Source of the DNA: Candidatus Woesearchaeota archaeon
GTDB taxonomy: Archaea; Nanobdellota; Nanobdellia; Woesearchaeales; JAAOYA01
Direction: 5' to 3'
Assembly: GCA_018221105.1 (NCBI GenBank)
Contig: JAAOYA010000001.1
Span: 1 to 50,811, forward strand
DNA length: 50,811 nt
In this document: piece by piece, positions 19,564 to 29,567 of the stretch
Layout: the number at the start of each line of letters is the position of its first letter
How positions within the stretch are numbered: the stretch's first letter is position 1
Translations under genes and position numbers: made by a program
The notes under the pieces: model-generated
Database searches by the model: none
What the model saw: the letters and a program-made list of their open reading frames with translations, nothing else
Told to the model about the DNA's origin: nothing

Positions 19564-20508
19564 TTATAAAGTTTTGCAGTAATCATCAAACAACTTTTTT
19601 ACTTGACTAACATTTTTTGTTTTAAGTATTCTCGAGCGCAATTGTGTTGCTTTTGGCAAACCTTTAGAAAAATACATTGCTTGATTTTTTAGTATTGGAA
19701 ATTCTTTAATACCATACTTTTGAGCTAGTTCTAAATATTTATAGAAATCATTAATTTTTTGTTTGGGTGTTTGAGAAGGCAACAAATCTCCTGTTTTTAA
19801 ATAATGAGTTATTTGTTTGAAAAGGTATGGATTGCCAATTGCAGCCCTGCCAATCATTATGGCATCACAACCAGTAGTCTCAAACATTTTTTTAGCACTT
19901 GGCCCGTCAACAACATCCCCGTTGCCAACAACAGGGATTTTGACAATATCTTTTATTTTTTTAATCCAACTCCAATAAACTTCACCACTATAACCTTGAT
20001 CTGTTGTTCTAGCGTGCACTACTAACATGTCAGCGCCTGCAATTTCAATAATTTTAGCGTTCTCTAAGCAATTAATGCTTTTCTTGGTAAGCCCCAAGCG
20101 TATTTTAGCACTAACAATTTTTTTAGAAGATTTTAATGCTTTAATTATAACCTTAATTTTCTCTGGTTCTTCTAATAGTGCGCTGCCAGCACCCTGCTTT
20201 AATATTTTGTTGACTGGACAACCAAAATTAAAATCTACAATTTTACTCTCGACAAAGTTAACTGCTTTTTCTATTGTTTGCACATTCGAGCCAAACAATT
20301 GTACGACTAAAACTTTCTCGTTTTGTGCTTTTTGCATTAACCCAACTGTTTTATTATTATCGCGCATTAATGCTTCTACACTAATCATTTCAGTAAAAGT
20401 CAAGCCCGCACCATAAGAAATGCATAATTCTCTAAACGCTGCGTCACTAACTCCTGCCATTGGAGCCAAAAAAATATTATTTTGACTGATCAATTGTTTT
20501 AAGTTCAT
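19564..20508 (-). CDS. dus: tRNA-dihydrouridine synthase (DusB-like)
   Basis: LAPMAGVSD, QLFG, NFGCP, GAGSALL, KIRLG, HART, GNGD, MIGRAAIGNP. Confidence 0.95.
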   Translation of the reverse strand: MNLKQLISQNNIFLAPMAGVSDAAFRELCISYGAGLTFTEMISVEALMRDNNKTVGLMQKAQNEKVLVVQLFGSNVQTIEKAVNFVESKIVDFNFGCPVNKILKQGAGSALLEEPEKIKVIIKALKSSKKIVSAKIRLGLTKKSINCLENAKIIEIAGADMLVVHARTTDQGYSGEVYWSWIKKIKDIVKIPVVGNGDVVDGPSAKKMFETTGCDAIMIGRAAIGNPYLFKQITHYLKTGDLLPSQTPKQKINDFYKYLELAQKYGIKEFPILKNQAMYFSKGLPKATQLRSRILKTKNVSQVKKLFDDYCKTL

Positions 20509-20534
20509 AAAAGTTAAAGAAAAAGAATTAATAT

Positions 20535-20942
20535 TTATATTAATGTGATGTAGCGGTGTCGCACTTGCCTATCATAATCGTTTGAGACAGTAATTCTGAC
20601 AACGTAATCTTGCTGTTTTGCATTGTGCAAGTCTAAAAATAATCTGTCGCTTTCACTTTGAGTGTCAGGCAATCTACCATCATCACCGATTAATGTGCTG
20701 CGCCTAATGCCTAATTCAGGAATTGTAACGTAAACCCTGACAAATTTTAGTGTGTCATCAGCGGCGTTATCCGCGCTTACAAAAACTGGCAGTACATCAT
20801 TAACACTGCTTTGATATGGTAGTGCCGTTCTAGAAACTTGCAGTCCTTCACCGTAAATAGTGCGTGTGATAAAATGTGCTGCACTAGCAGTGCTTGCAAA
20901 AACTATAATTAATATTGTTAGTAGGATGACTAATTTTTTCAT
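20535..20942 (-). CDS. Secreted hypothetical protein
   Basis: MKKLVILLTILIIVFASTASA signal peptide. Confidence 0.7.
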   Translation of the reverse strand: MKKLVILLTILIIVFASTASAAHFITRTIYGEGLQVSRTALPYQSSVNDVLPVFVSADNAADDTLKFVRVYVTIPELGIRRSTLIGDDGRLPDTQSESDRLFLDLHNAKQQDYVVRITVSNDYDRQVRHRYITLI

Positions 20943-21113
20943 AATATTTAACCCCGAAGTGTTTGAATCGAATATCTTCTTATATTTAAAACTTGTCACT
21001 ATTATAAAATGAGAATAACGTTTTTTTTCGAAAACTTTTTAAATAAACCGGCTTTTCCCGACAGTGGTTTAGAGGTTCTGTAACATACTAAAACATAGGA
21101 GAACGAATAAAAA

Positions 21114-21665
21114 ATGCCAACAATGCACGATGTACCAATCAATGATTTGATAATCAAGCTAGCAGCAGAACTAAAACAATACAATGAAATAAACCCTCCA
21201 GAATGGGCAAATTACGCAAAAACAGGAGCGCACAAAGAAAGACCTCCAACGCAAGCAGACTGGTGGCACATTAGAAGCGCTGCAATACTGCGCAGCATTG
21301 CAGTACTAGGGCCTGTAGGCGTTAGCAAACTACGACAAAAATATGGTGGCAGAAAAAACCGTGGAACACAACCAGAAACAACAGTCAAAGGAAGTGGAAA
21401 CATCATTCGTAAAATACTACAACAATTACAAGAAGCAAAACTAGTAGATTATAAAGACAAAACAAAACGCAAAGGCAGAATGATAAGCCCAAAAGGACAA
21501 TCACTAATCGATAAAACAGCACAACAAATTTACACAAAACACTCACCTGCAAAAAAAGCAGTAGAAAAAACAGCACAAAAACCTGTAAAAGAAGCAAAAA
21601 AAGAAGAAAAAGCTGAAGTTAAAACAGAATCAAAAGAACCTGCAAAAAAAGAGGTTAAGTTATAA
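21114..21665 (+). CDS. rps19e: 30S ribosomal protein S19e with Lys/Glu-rich tail
   Basis: PEWA..AKTG.HKERPP...DWW..RSAAILR, GPVGV..LR..YGG, GSGNIIRKILQQL. Confidence 0.98.
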   Translation: MPTMHDVPINDLIIKLAAELKQYNEINPPEWANYAKTGAHKERPPTQADWWHIRSAAILRSIAVLGPVGVSKLRQKYGGRKNRGTQPETTVKGSGNIIRKILQQLQEAKLVDYKDKTKRKGRMISPKGQSLIDKTAQQIYTKHSPAKKAVEKTAQKPVKEAKKEEKAEVKTESKEPAKKEVKL

Positions 21666-21838
21666 TGTCACGGCACAAACACCCAAATCAAAAAAAACGC
21701 TTAGCAAAGCTAGGACGCCAAACAAGGTGGGCGCCATTTTGGATAATTCCAAAAATCTTTGGCAAAAACAGACAATTACACCCGTCAGTTGCCACAACAA
21801 AAAAACGCACTTGGCGCAGATCAAAAACAAAAGCATAA
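21665..21838 (+). CDS. rpl39e: 50S ribosomal protein L39e (57 aa; below the ORF-track cutoff)
   Basis: Hand translation MSRHKHPNQKKRLAKLGRQTRWAPFWIIPKIFGKNRQLHPSVATTKKRTWRRSKTKA; conserved position between S19e and L31e. Confidence 0.93.
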   Translation: MSRHKHPNQKKRLAKLGRQTRWAPFWIIPKIFGKNRQLHPSVATTKKRTWRRSKTKA

Positions 21839-21848
21839 GTGAACTAAA

Positions 21849-22295
21849 ATGGCAGAAACAAAAAAACGCACTTATAATGTTCCACTAAGACGAAAAACTC
21901 AAAAAAGCCCAACACGAAAAAGGGCAAAAAAAGCTTCTAAAGTGCTTAGAGAATTCTTACAAAAACATATGAAGACAGAAAATGTCAAAATCGGTGTTAA
22001 AGCTAACGAACAAATTTGGGCTCGAGGGATTAAAAAACCTCCACATCACATAAAAGTTGATGTAGAACTAAAAGATGGTGTAGCAGTTGCAGAATTACAC
22101 GGCATAAAAACAGAAGAAGTTTTGCCTGAGCCAACAAAAGCTGATAAAAAGGCAGAAGCAAAAAAAGAAGAAAAAGCTGAAGTTAAAACAGAAACAGTTG
22201 AGAAAAAAGAAAGTCCAAAAACTCCTGCAGAAAAAACCGTCAAAAAAACAATTTCTAAAAAGAAAATAGTAAAAAAAGCTGTTAAGAAAAAATAA
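21849..22295 (+). CDS. rpl31e: 50S ribosomal protein L31e with Lys-rich tail
   Basis: YNVPLR, RAKKA...LREFL.KHMK, NEQIWARGIKKPP. Confidence 0.97.
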   Translation: MAETKKRTYNVPLRRKTQKSPTRKRAKKASKVLREFLQKHMKTENVKIGVKANEQIWARGIKKPPHHIKVDVELKDGVAVAELHGIKTEEVLPEPTKADKKAEAKKEEKAEVKTETVEKKESPKTPAEKTVKKTISKKKIVKKAVKKK

Positions 22296-22401
22296 TTATT
22301 TTTTTATAATTTCAAACAATTAATTATGCTAATTTTTTTTAGAATTAAACATTAGGAAACCTATTGTCGGTCCCTAAAAAAATCAAAGTATTTTAGAAGA
22401 A

Positions 22402-22740
22402 TTACCTTTTTTTGCGTTTTGCAACTTTTTTCTTTTTAGCAGGCTTTTTCTTCGCGACTTTTTTCTTAGTTGCCTTCTTTTTTACTGCCTTTTTTTTCTT
22501 AGCAGGTTTTTTCTTCACTGCTTTCTTTTTAGCCGGCTTGCGCTTCGTGGCCTTTTTTTTGGTTGCTTTTTTCTTCACTGTTTTCTTTTTCTTAGTAGCT
22601 TTCTTTTTAGCAGCCTTTTTCTTCACTGTTTTTTTCTTTGCAGCTTTCTTTTTAACTACCTTTTTTTTCTTGACAGGTTTTTTCTTCACAGCCTTTTTTT
22701 TAGCAGGCTTTTTCTTTGCAGCTTTTCGCTTTGCAGCCAT
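22402..22740 (-). CDS. Histone H1-like Lys/Ala-rich basic protein
   Basis: Repeated KKK(A/P/T)xKKK units; GAGGTGA SD 5 nt before ATG; TATA box upstream. Confidence 0.85.
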   Translation of the reverse strand: MAAKRKAAKKKPAKKKAVKKKPVKKKKVVKKKAAKKKTVKKKAAKKKATKKKKTVKKKATKKKATKRKPAKKKAVKKKPAKKKKAVKKKATKKKVAKKKPAKKKKVAKRKKR

Positions 22741-22906
22741 TGTATTTCACCTCAACTGAAACTTTAATTAAATAGGTTTTATACAATACTTGTTAATTCG
22801 GTATTTAAACCTTTCTAAAAAAAAACAATTTTTTTAAACATTTTTTAATTAAAAAATAAAAAGTTTTATAAACGTCATAACACAAAAAAATATTGGTGTA
22901 ACAAAA

Positions 22907-23413
22907 GTGGAATCAAATAGTCAAAGCCCGCAATTCGTTCGTGACATTATGACAACAGATGTCGCAACAGTTGATATTGGAGCAACAATTTTTGACGCTG
23001 ATCAGATAATGGCACAAAAGCATATTAGTTGTGTTATAATAACAGAATCTAAAGAGCCACTAGGCATTATTACAGAGCGTGACATGATAAGAGTCATGCT
23101 GACGCGCGAGGACCCTGCAACGATAAACGTTACTGATTACATGAGCACTCCACTGCTTTCTATTAGAAGTGAAGATGACTTGTTTCATGCTGTGAACCTT
23201 ATGAAAGACAAAAACCTTCGACGTTTCCCAGTAATCGATAACGGAATACTGGTTGGTCTTGTCACACAGTCAGATTTACTTAAAGGTTTAATCAAACTAA
23301 TAAAACATTTAAACCATCAATTGGTAAAAGGAGAAATCAACCTAAAAACTTATGAGCAACAAATCAGCAACATGAAACATTTATCAATACCAAAAAATCC
23401 TCCTGCAGAATAA
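22907..23413 (+). CDS. CBS domain pair protein
   Basis: VRDIMT..V, GIITERD, V.DYMS.P, RRFPV.D...LVGLVTQSDL. Confidence 0.93.
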   Translation: MESNSQSPQFVRDIMTTDVATVDIGATIFDADQIMAQKHISCVIITESKEPLGIITERDMIRVMLTREDPATINVTDYMSTPLLSIRSEDDLFHAVNLMKDKNLRRFPVIDNGILVGLVTQSDLLKGLIKLIKHLNHQLVKGEINLKTYEQQISNMKHLSIPKNPPAE

Positions 23414-23418
23414 ACAAA

Positions 23419-24906
23419 ATGAAACTTTTTCTAAAAGCAACTTTTTTATTATTGCTTATTAGTTTAGCTTGCAATGCGCAATTATCAAAACAATTACCGC
23501 AACACACTATAGGCAGCGAGTTTTTGTTTGTTAATTATGATAGTAGTAATTACAAACAGACTTTCAATATTCCCCCAAGAGTCATACCATTATTTGATAA
23601 CACAAACATTTACGTTGACTTAAACAATGATGGATTGTGGGATTATACTTTTTTAAAAGACCAATTTGAAGTTCTTATTTTAAAACTTGATCAAGCAACA
23701 ATTAATCGTGGTGCTAGATTGCAAGCTGACAAGCCAATAATATATTATGATCAATCGACAGGCTATGATTTGATAGTTCACAGTCCAACAAACGCTTACA
23801 AAAAAGATCAGTACTTGGTAGGACATTCTGACATTGCATATTTTGTAGCACCGCAAAACACTGTTGTAGAGGTTGATGACGACCTTGATGGAGATACTGA
23901 TTTTGAGATAATTGTTCAAAAAGGCAAAAGCATATCACAATATATTAGATCAACTAGTCATTTAACAAGTGACAAACCATTTTATGCTTATAATGCATTA
24001 GGCACCACTAGTAATAAAGCAAAAACTTTTTACACTATTGGACGATATGTGCGATTGCAAGTTTTAGAAGATGACACAGAAGTTTTTATTGATTTTAATG
24101 CTGATGGACTAAAAGATTACAATTACAGTTTTGATGCTGGAGCGCAAGATTTAGTTTTAGAGACAATCGGAGCATTAATAAAAAGTGATAAAGAAATACT
24201 GGTTTTTAACAATGACCGGTATTCTGGTACTGGCTTTAATACTATTGATTTGATGCCTTGCGAAATGTTAAACAATGAAGTGTACACTTTTAGCGGTAGT
24301 AGAGTGCTAGGACTTTTCGGGCCTAATAATAGTGAGTATGACAACACTATTTTAGAGGTTGATGACCAATTTGAAAGCATTAATCCTAATACTTATGCTG
24401 TAGTTGAAGGTAGCGGGTTAAAACATGTTGTTCTCAATAGTCCGGCAAATGTTTACTTTTATCACACAACTGAAAAGTTTATTCAGTATTCTGCTTACGC
24501 TAGCATTTTCGCGACAACTTATCCTAAAACTAAGTACATGCAGACAGATGAAACTATTGAATTAGTCACGCGTGTTTTCAACACTTTTTCAAATACTGTT
24601 GCTAATGATTTTATTATAACCCAACCTATTAATCCATTATTCGCAACTGACAATAAGGTTTTAGTGACGGTTATTCTAAAACGACTGGTTGATGACAGTA
24701 TTGTTGACAGTGACACTTTCTCAAAAGAAGCTGCACCAGGAGCACCATTAATAATTGATGATGGCGATAGTAAACTGTTTGATGAACTACCAGCACTACA
24801 CTATTATGATATTATTTTTGAACTATTAAGCCCGAGCGAGTACGGATTATATTCTTTTGGCAGTGCTAGCATAACTTTTGATGCTAACACTTGGCAATGC
24901 GAATAA
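23419..24906 (+). CDS. Secreted beta-rich hypothetical protein with repeated D-x-D/N-x-D-G motifs
   Basis: Signal peptide; VDLNNDGLWD, DDDLDGDTD, IDFNADGLKD. Confidence 0.75.
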   Translation: MKLFLKATFLLLLISLACNAQLSKQLPQHTIGSEFLFVNYDSSNYKQTFNIPPRVIPLFDNTNIYVDLNNDGLWDYTFLKDQFEVLILKLDQATINRGARLQADKPIIYYDQSTGYDLIVHSPTNAYKKDQYLVGHSDIAYFVAPQNTVVEVDDDLDGDTDFEIIVQKGKSISQYIRSTSHLTSDKPFYAYNALGTTSNKAKTFYTIGRYVRLQVLEDDTEVFIDFNADGLKDYNYSFDAGAQDLVLETIGALIKSDKEILVFNNDRYSGTGFNTIDLMPCEMLNNEVYTFSGSRVLGLFGPNNSEYDNTILEVDDQFESINPNTYAVVEGSGLKHVVLNSPANVYFYHTTEKFIQYSAYASIFATTYPKTKYMQTDETIELVTRVFNTFSNTVANDFIITQPINPLFATDNKVLVTVILKRLVDDSIVDSDTFSKEAAPGAPLIIDDGDSKLFDELPALHYYDIIFELLSPSEYGLYSFGSASITFDANTWQCE

Positions 24907-24936
24907 TTTAAATAAAGCAAGCAATTGAGCTTTAAA

Positions 24937-25518
24937 ATGCGTTTTTCACAAATTGAAATAGAACACCTTGTTAAGGCATGGCTTGCGATAAGCATAGCCT
25001 ACACTATTTTAATTGCTCGCACTCAAGGATTATCAAACATCATATTAGTGTTTTTTGTTTCACTTTTTACAATAGGAGCAGGATTTTTATTGCACGAGTT
25101 AGCACACAAGTTTGTAGCACAACATTATCGTTTGTGGGCTGAATTTCGCGCTGACATGAACATGCTATTATTAGCAATAGTGATTTCTTTTGCTGGAGTG
25201 TTGTTTGCGGCTCCTGGAGCTGTAATGATTGGCGGAGGCCATGTTAGCAGAAAACAAAACGGCATAATAAGTGTTGCAGGAGCACTAACAAACATTGGAC
25301 TAGCACTAATTTTTTTATTACTAGCATTAGTCGCCACTAACGATTTCATATTATTCTTTGCAAAAACAGGATTATTCATAAATGCATTACTAGCAGTTTT
25401 TAATATGATACCCTTTGGCATTCTGGATGGGAAAAAAGTTTTTAATTGGAATAAAACAGTTTGGGCAAGTGTTGTAATAACTAGTGTTTTATTAATAGGC
25501 AGTAATTTTTTGTTTTAG
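24937..25518 (+). CDS. M50 family (site-2) membrane metalloprotease
   Basis: LHELAHK and FNMIPFGILDG motifs. Confidence 0.92.
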   Translation: MRFSQIEIEHLVKAWLAISIAYTILIARTQGLSNIILVFFVSLFTIGAGFLLHELAHKFVAQHYRLWAEFRADMNMLLLAIVISFAGVLFAAPGAVMIGGGHVSRKQNGIISVAGALTNIGLALIFLLLALVATNDFILFFAKTGLFINALLAVFNMIPFGILDGKKVFNWNKTVWASVVITSVLLIGSNFLF

Positions 25519-25519
25519 A

Positions 25520-25580
25520 AAAAATGTCAAAATTATAAGAAATTTTGAGCATTTCCAAAAACTATGTTTTTGAAAAAGAA
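25520..25580. repeat. ~62 bp double-hairpin intergenic repeat, copy 1 (REP-like or terminator)
   Basis: ATGTCAAAATT-n6-AATTTTGAGCAT plus CAAAAAC-n3-GTTTTTG; inverted near-copy at 42392-42455. Confidence 0.8.
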
Positions 25581-25605
25581 ATAAAAAAAGAAAAAAATAA
25601 TTTCT

Positions 25606-25824
25606 TTAAATGTTTGCTAAGTCTGCGTCAATGCCTTCTAGCGCGTCTAAGTCTGCTGTTAGCTGGTCAAGTTCATCTAAATCATCTTGAGCGTCAGCAA
25701 TGACTGGCTCGTCAACTTGCACGCCACTACTGCCGCCATCAACAACAGTGTTTTCTTGGCTGCAACCAGCAAACAATCCTGCCATTAATACTAGCAAGAC
25801 AATTGAAATTATTGTTTTTTTCAT
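25606..25824 (-). CDS. Small acidic lipoprotein
   Basis: MKK...LFAGC lipobox. Confidence 0.8.
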   Translation of the reverse strand: MKKTIISIVLLVLMAGLFAGCSQENTVVDGGSSGVQVDEPVIADAQDDLDELDQLTADLDALEGIDADLANI

Positions 25825-26954
25825 TGTTGGTCACCTGTTGTTGAATTATCCTCATCAGAGTCTTCACATTCACTTTCAACGCATGTTTCGTCACTGTCAC
25901 AGTCATCATCTGTTGTGCATTCTATTTCGTCAACGTCATCATCTTCATCGATTTCGTCGTCATCGTCTGCTTCGTCTTCAACTTCGTCTGACAAGTCAAC
26001 ATCGTCGCTTCCAGCTGCTTGACGTGCTGCAACATAGGCTTTTCGCAATGCTTGATGTGCTAGTTTTAGTTCTTGATGAATTTGTCGAACTTTACTGTCA
26101 GCTGCACTTGCTAGCCTGTTAAATTCAGCTTTGTTTTCTGCGTTGTCGTATGCGTCTTTTGTTTCTAAGTACATGTCTCGAGCGTTGTCTAAGTGTGTGT
26201 CAACTTGTCCTAATGCATTTTCGAATTCTGTTGTGTCTAGGCCTTGCTCTTGCATTACTTCTAGCTTGTGTTGCATTCTCTTTTGGATGTTGCGCTCTTT
26301 ATTGTAAGCGTTTCGTAGTTTTACAACTACTACTTTTCCTGCGGCGACTTTTGCAGTTTTTTGTGCTTGAACTGCTGAAGTTTTAATTGTTTTGACTGCT
26401 TCTTGCAAGTCTTCTTCGTCGCTGTTCTCGTCAAGTTCTCCGACTGTTTCTTTTGCGCTTTTGACTTCTGCAATTTTTGCTTCTAGTTTTGCTACAAGTT
26501 CTGTGTTGTTGTTTTCTTCTGCTTTAGCCTTGATTTTTTCTAAAGCTTCTATAATGCGGTCTGCAGTGTTTTCTAAGTGGTCTTTGGCTTTTGAGCGGTA
26601 TTCTGCTCTTATTGCATCGCAAGTTGCTGTGTCGTCACTGCCACAATCTTTAACTTGTGTTCTAACACGAGTTAATTGCGTTTTAGTACTCTCATAATCT
26701 TGTTTTGCTTGCTCGTAGCGCTCTCTTGCCGCCATATAATCTTCTTTAGCAGTTTGATAGCGTTCTTGAGCTTGCTCTAAGCGAGCTTTTTGCTCTGCTG
26801 TTAGCGTTGTTGTTTTAGCTTCAATAGTTGTCGCTTCTAATTTTTGAGTGTCAACCTTGTCAGCTTCATACAATTCAGGATGTGGAGCTATGATTGCTGG
26901 CACAGTCGCTAAAAACATCAATACTACAACAAAAAGTGCTACTGTTCTTTTCAT
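25821..26954 (-). CDS. Secreted long coiled-coil protein with acidic/Cys tail
   Basis: Signal peptide, heptad-rich helices, D/E-rich C-terminus with C-x4-C-x5-C-x4-C; GGAGG SD. Confidence 0.8.
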   Translation of the reverse strand: MKRTVALFVVVLMFLATVPAIIAPHPELYEADKVDTQKLEATTIEAKTTTLTAEQKARLEQAQERYQTAKEDYMAARERYEQAKQDYESTKTQLTRVRTQVKDCGSDDTATCDAIRAEYRSKAKDHLENTADRIIEALEKIKAKAEENNNTELVAKLEAKIAEVKSAKETVGELDENSDEEDLQEAVKTIKTSAVQAQKTAKVAAGKVVVVKLRNAYNKERNIQKRMQHKLEVMQEQGLDTTEFENALGQVDTHLDNARDMYLETKDAYDNAENKAEFNRLASAADSKVRQIHQELKLAHQALRKAYVAARQAAGSDDVDLSDEVEDEADDDDEIDEDDDVDEIECTTDDDCDSDETCVESECEDSDEDNSTTGDQQ

Positions 26955-27034
26955 GTTTGTAAACCTCCAAAGAGTTTAATATACACTTTTGTATACTGCC
27001 TGGTATTTAAAGCTTGTGATAAATTTAGAAGCAG

Positions 27035-28297
27035 TCATAAGAATTGGTTTAGTCCTTTTTGATAATCAGGGCTTGTTGATGCCACAGGCTCTACTGGTTT
27101 AGTTTTTCCTATTAGTGGTACACCGTACACTCCGTCATAACCTGGCTTGACTTTTATTTTGCCTTCACGATTTTTAATTATTAGTTCTGCAAGTTTTTCA
27201 TCAACAGTTTTTATTAATTCTTCTTTAGAAGTTGATAACAAAATATTGTTTTCGTTTTTGAAAGCACTAATTAGTTTATTGTAGGTTTGCCAGACTCCTT
27301 TTGTCGCAATGCCTTTGCCTGATAATGTGCTGATAATCTCTGATAATGGTATTATTGTCCTGTAAGGTACTGCATTTTTTGGTTTGAAGCCTAATTCACG
27401 GTCTGCTAATTGTTCAATGCGATGCTCAACTCCAATGGTTAATGGTTTGCCACATACTGGGCAACGATTATTGTTTTTTAATGATTCTGCAGGGCTTAGG
27501 CAAACATTGCAATTGCGATGACCATCAAAATGGTATTTTCCATAATTTGGGTCTACTTCAATTGTTTCTTTTAATCCTTGGCGTGTCCTAATAGCTTTTA
27601 GAACGTCTTGATATGTTAGTTTTGTCTCAAATACTGTTGCTTCACGGCCAATACGCCAGGGCCAAAAAGAGTGACTATCACTAAAACTTACTAGTTGGTA
27701 ATCATCTAATTGTGATAATCGCCAATTCATTGCAGGATCGCTTGACATTCCAGTCTCTAAAGCATTGATGTGTTTTGTTTGATCTTTAAAACAATCTTCA
27801 ACTTTGTTGTATTGATTGTAATCGCCAAAAAGGCTAAAGTGCGGCGTCCAAACATGCGCTGGGATAACCTCTATATCAGTGCTGATTTGTCGCAGCATTT
27901 CTACAAAATCAGGGCCTGGAAGTTTAAATATTGGTCTGCCATCATAATCAACACGACCACGCTTTAACAAGGCCTCGGTAATTTGTTCTACAACATCGAG
28001 CGATGGTGCTAGCACAACATTATGGATTCTTCGTCCTTTGCCATCGGCAGAGTAGATAAGGCTTATTTCTGTTTGTAGCATAAAAGGATAATCAGTAGAA
28101 GTATAGTAAATGCCGTCTTGTTCTCTTACTAGTTCTGTTTTTAGTTCTTCAAACCATTGTGGGTGAGTAAAATCTCCACTTCCCAAAAGCCCTAAGCCTT
28201 TTATTCGGCCCCACTTTTCTAAATTCTGTATAGTAAGAGCTGTCGAACAACCTCTTGAGAATCTTCCGTGCAAGTGCAGGTCAGCAATAAAACTCAT
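27035..28297 (-). CDS. Endonuclease Q family (PHP domain plus C4 zinc finger)
   Basis: DLHLH, PAHVWTP, ETGMSSDP, SDSHS, GKYHFDGHRNC..C, CPVCG, PGYDGVYG. Confidence 0.9.
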   Translation of the reverse strand: MSFIADLHLHGRFSRGCSTALTIQNLEKWGRIKGLGLLGSGDFTHPQWFEELKTELVREQDGIYYTSTDYPFMLQTEISLIYSADGKGRRIHNVVLAPSLDVVEQITEALLKRGRVDYDGRPIFKLPGPDFVEMLRQISTDIEVIPAHVWTPHFSLFGDYNQYNKVEDCFKDQTKHINALETGMSSDPAMNWRLSQLDDYQLVSFSDSHSFWPWRIGREATVFETKLTYQDVLKAIRTRQGLKETIEVDPNYGKYHFDGHRNCNVCLSPAESLKNNNRCPVCGKPLTIGVEHRIEQLADRELGFKPKNAVPYRTIIPLSEIISTLSGKGIATKGVWQTYNKLISAFKNENNILLSTSKEELIKTVDEKLAELIIKNREGKIKVKPGYDGVYGVPLIGKTKPVEPVASTSPDYQKGLNQFL

Positions 28298-28332
28298 CTG
28301 TTCTTTAAAACACTACTTTTTTTTAAGTTTAA

Positions 28333-29535
28333 CTACTCAACAATAATTCTTGAAGAGTCTTCTTCGTAAAGTTGGCCTAATACTTGTGTATTGTACAATG
28401 CTACTGCTGACTTGTCATGTGATATGACATCGCCATAAATTACAGAGTCTTGGACTACAATTCTGACTTCCTCATATGTTTGGACTGTTTGCATATAACT
28501 ATTCTCGATAATTTGTTTAGAATTGCCACTGTTAATTGTTGGACCAGTAAAATTACTGTTAGTGATTATTAAAGTGTTTTCATTGCCGAAAACGTTAGGC
28601 TCCCAACCATAAACTCCGGTGTTGACAAGTCGTAGTTTGGAGTAAACCATATTGTAAGTTTTGTCAGTGTAAAGCTTTTGATTCAAGTCAGTTAGCAACA
28701 CTGTTTCTTTTTCTAATGGTGCTCCAACAATAATGCTGATAGTTACGCTTTCAGTGTCACGAATAGTGATGTCATCGCCAGGTCCGACAGTCACGCCCCA
28801 ACCATCAACTGTGGATTCAGTAATTGCAATGTTTGATTCTACGCCTCGAGCTTTAACATTGTTAAAAACAAAACTTGTAATGTTTGTTGGTAAACTAATA
28901 TCAAGTGTTGTGCCATGAGGATAGCATAATTCTAATTCCATATCATTTGAATTGTTGATTGTTGCACTTGAGCTCTCACAAAAAGTAGCGCCAAAGAAAT
29001 CCCAACCTTCAATGTTAGCACTTGCAGTGTTAGTGAAAAAGTTCCAAGTGTTACAACTTGGCATGATAACATTTTTTGCTATTAGTTTTGAATCATCAAA
29101 AAACTCCCAATTCAAACTCCCTTTGCAATTTGTCAAGATTTTAGAGTTTTCAATAATCACTTGAGCGCTCTCACTGGCCTTTAATGAGTGTTGTCTGGCA
29201 TAACTTTGGCGGTGCTCAAAAATGCTGTTTTTTATTATTAATTGAGCATTATCATCAATTATCAAATCATTATCTAAAACGTAGTGAGTGTCAATAATTT
29301 CAAGTTTTTGAGAACTGCGCAAACTCAAAGGCTGTTCATTAATAATTTTTTTAGAAGGTTGAACAACCAAAACCTCTTCTATGATTTCTGGCTCGATAAT
29401 GTTTTCTATTACTGTAACATCATCTTCTATTACAGGATTTACTGTTGGCTCTTCAATAACTTCTGGCTCTTGAGCTATTTGTTGAGAGCAGCCAAATAAA
29501 AACAATACTAATATTATTGTCACAACTCTTTTCAT
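28333..29535 (-). CDS. Lipoprotein with probable right-handed beta-helix repeats
   Basis: FLFGC lipobox; recurring (I/V)-I-x-N-S motifs. Confidence 0.72.
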   Translation of the reverse strand: MKRVVTIILVLFLFGCSQQIAQEPEVIEEPTVNPVIEDDVTVIENIIEPEIIEEVLVVQPSKKIINEQPLSLRSSQKLEIIDTHYVLDNDLIIDDNAQLIIKNSIFEHRQSYARQHSLKASESAQVIIENSKILTNCKGSLNWEFFDDSKLIAKNVIMPSCNTWNFFTNTASANIEGWDFFGATFCESSSATINNSNDMELELCYPHGTTLDISLPTNITSFVFNNVKARGVESNIAITESTVDGWGVTVGPGDDITIRDTESVTISIIVGAPLEKETVLLTDLNQKLYTDKTYNMVYSKLRLVNTGVYGWEPNVFGNENTLIITNSNFTGPTINSGNSKQIIENSYMQTVQTYEEVRIVVQDSVIYGDVISHDKSAVALYNTQVLGQLYEEDSSRIIVE

Positions 29536-29567
29536 CAACATTTACAAACTCTTTTAGTATTAAAGTT

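Noticed and set aside
22412..22759. Phe-rich 115 aa ORF
   Set aside because: Antisense shadow of the Lys-rich gene.
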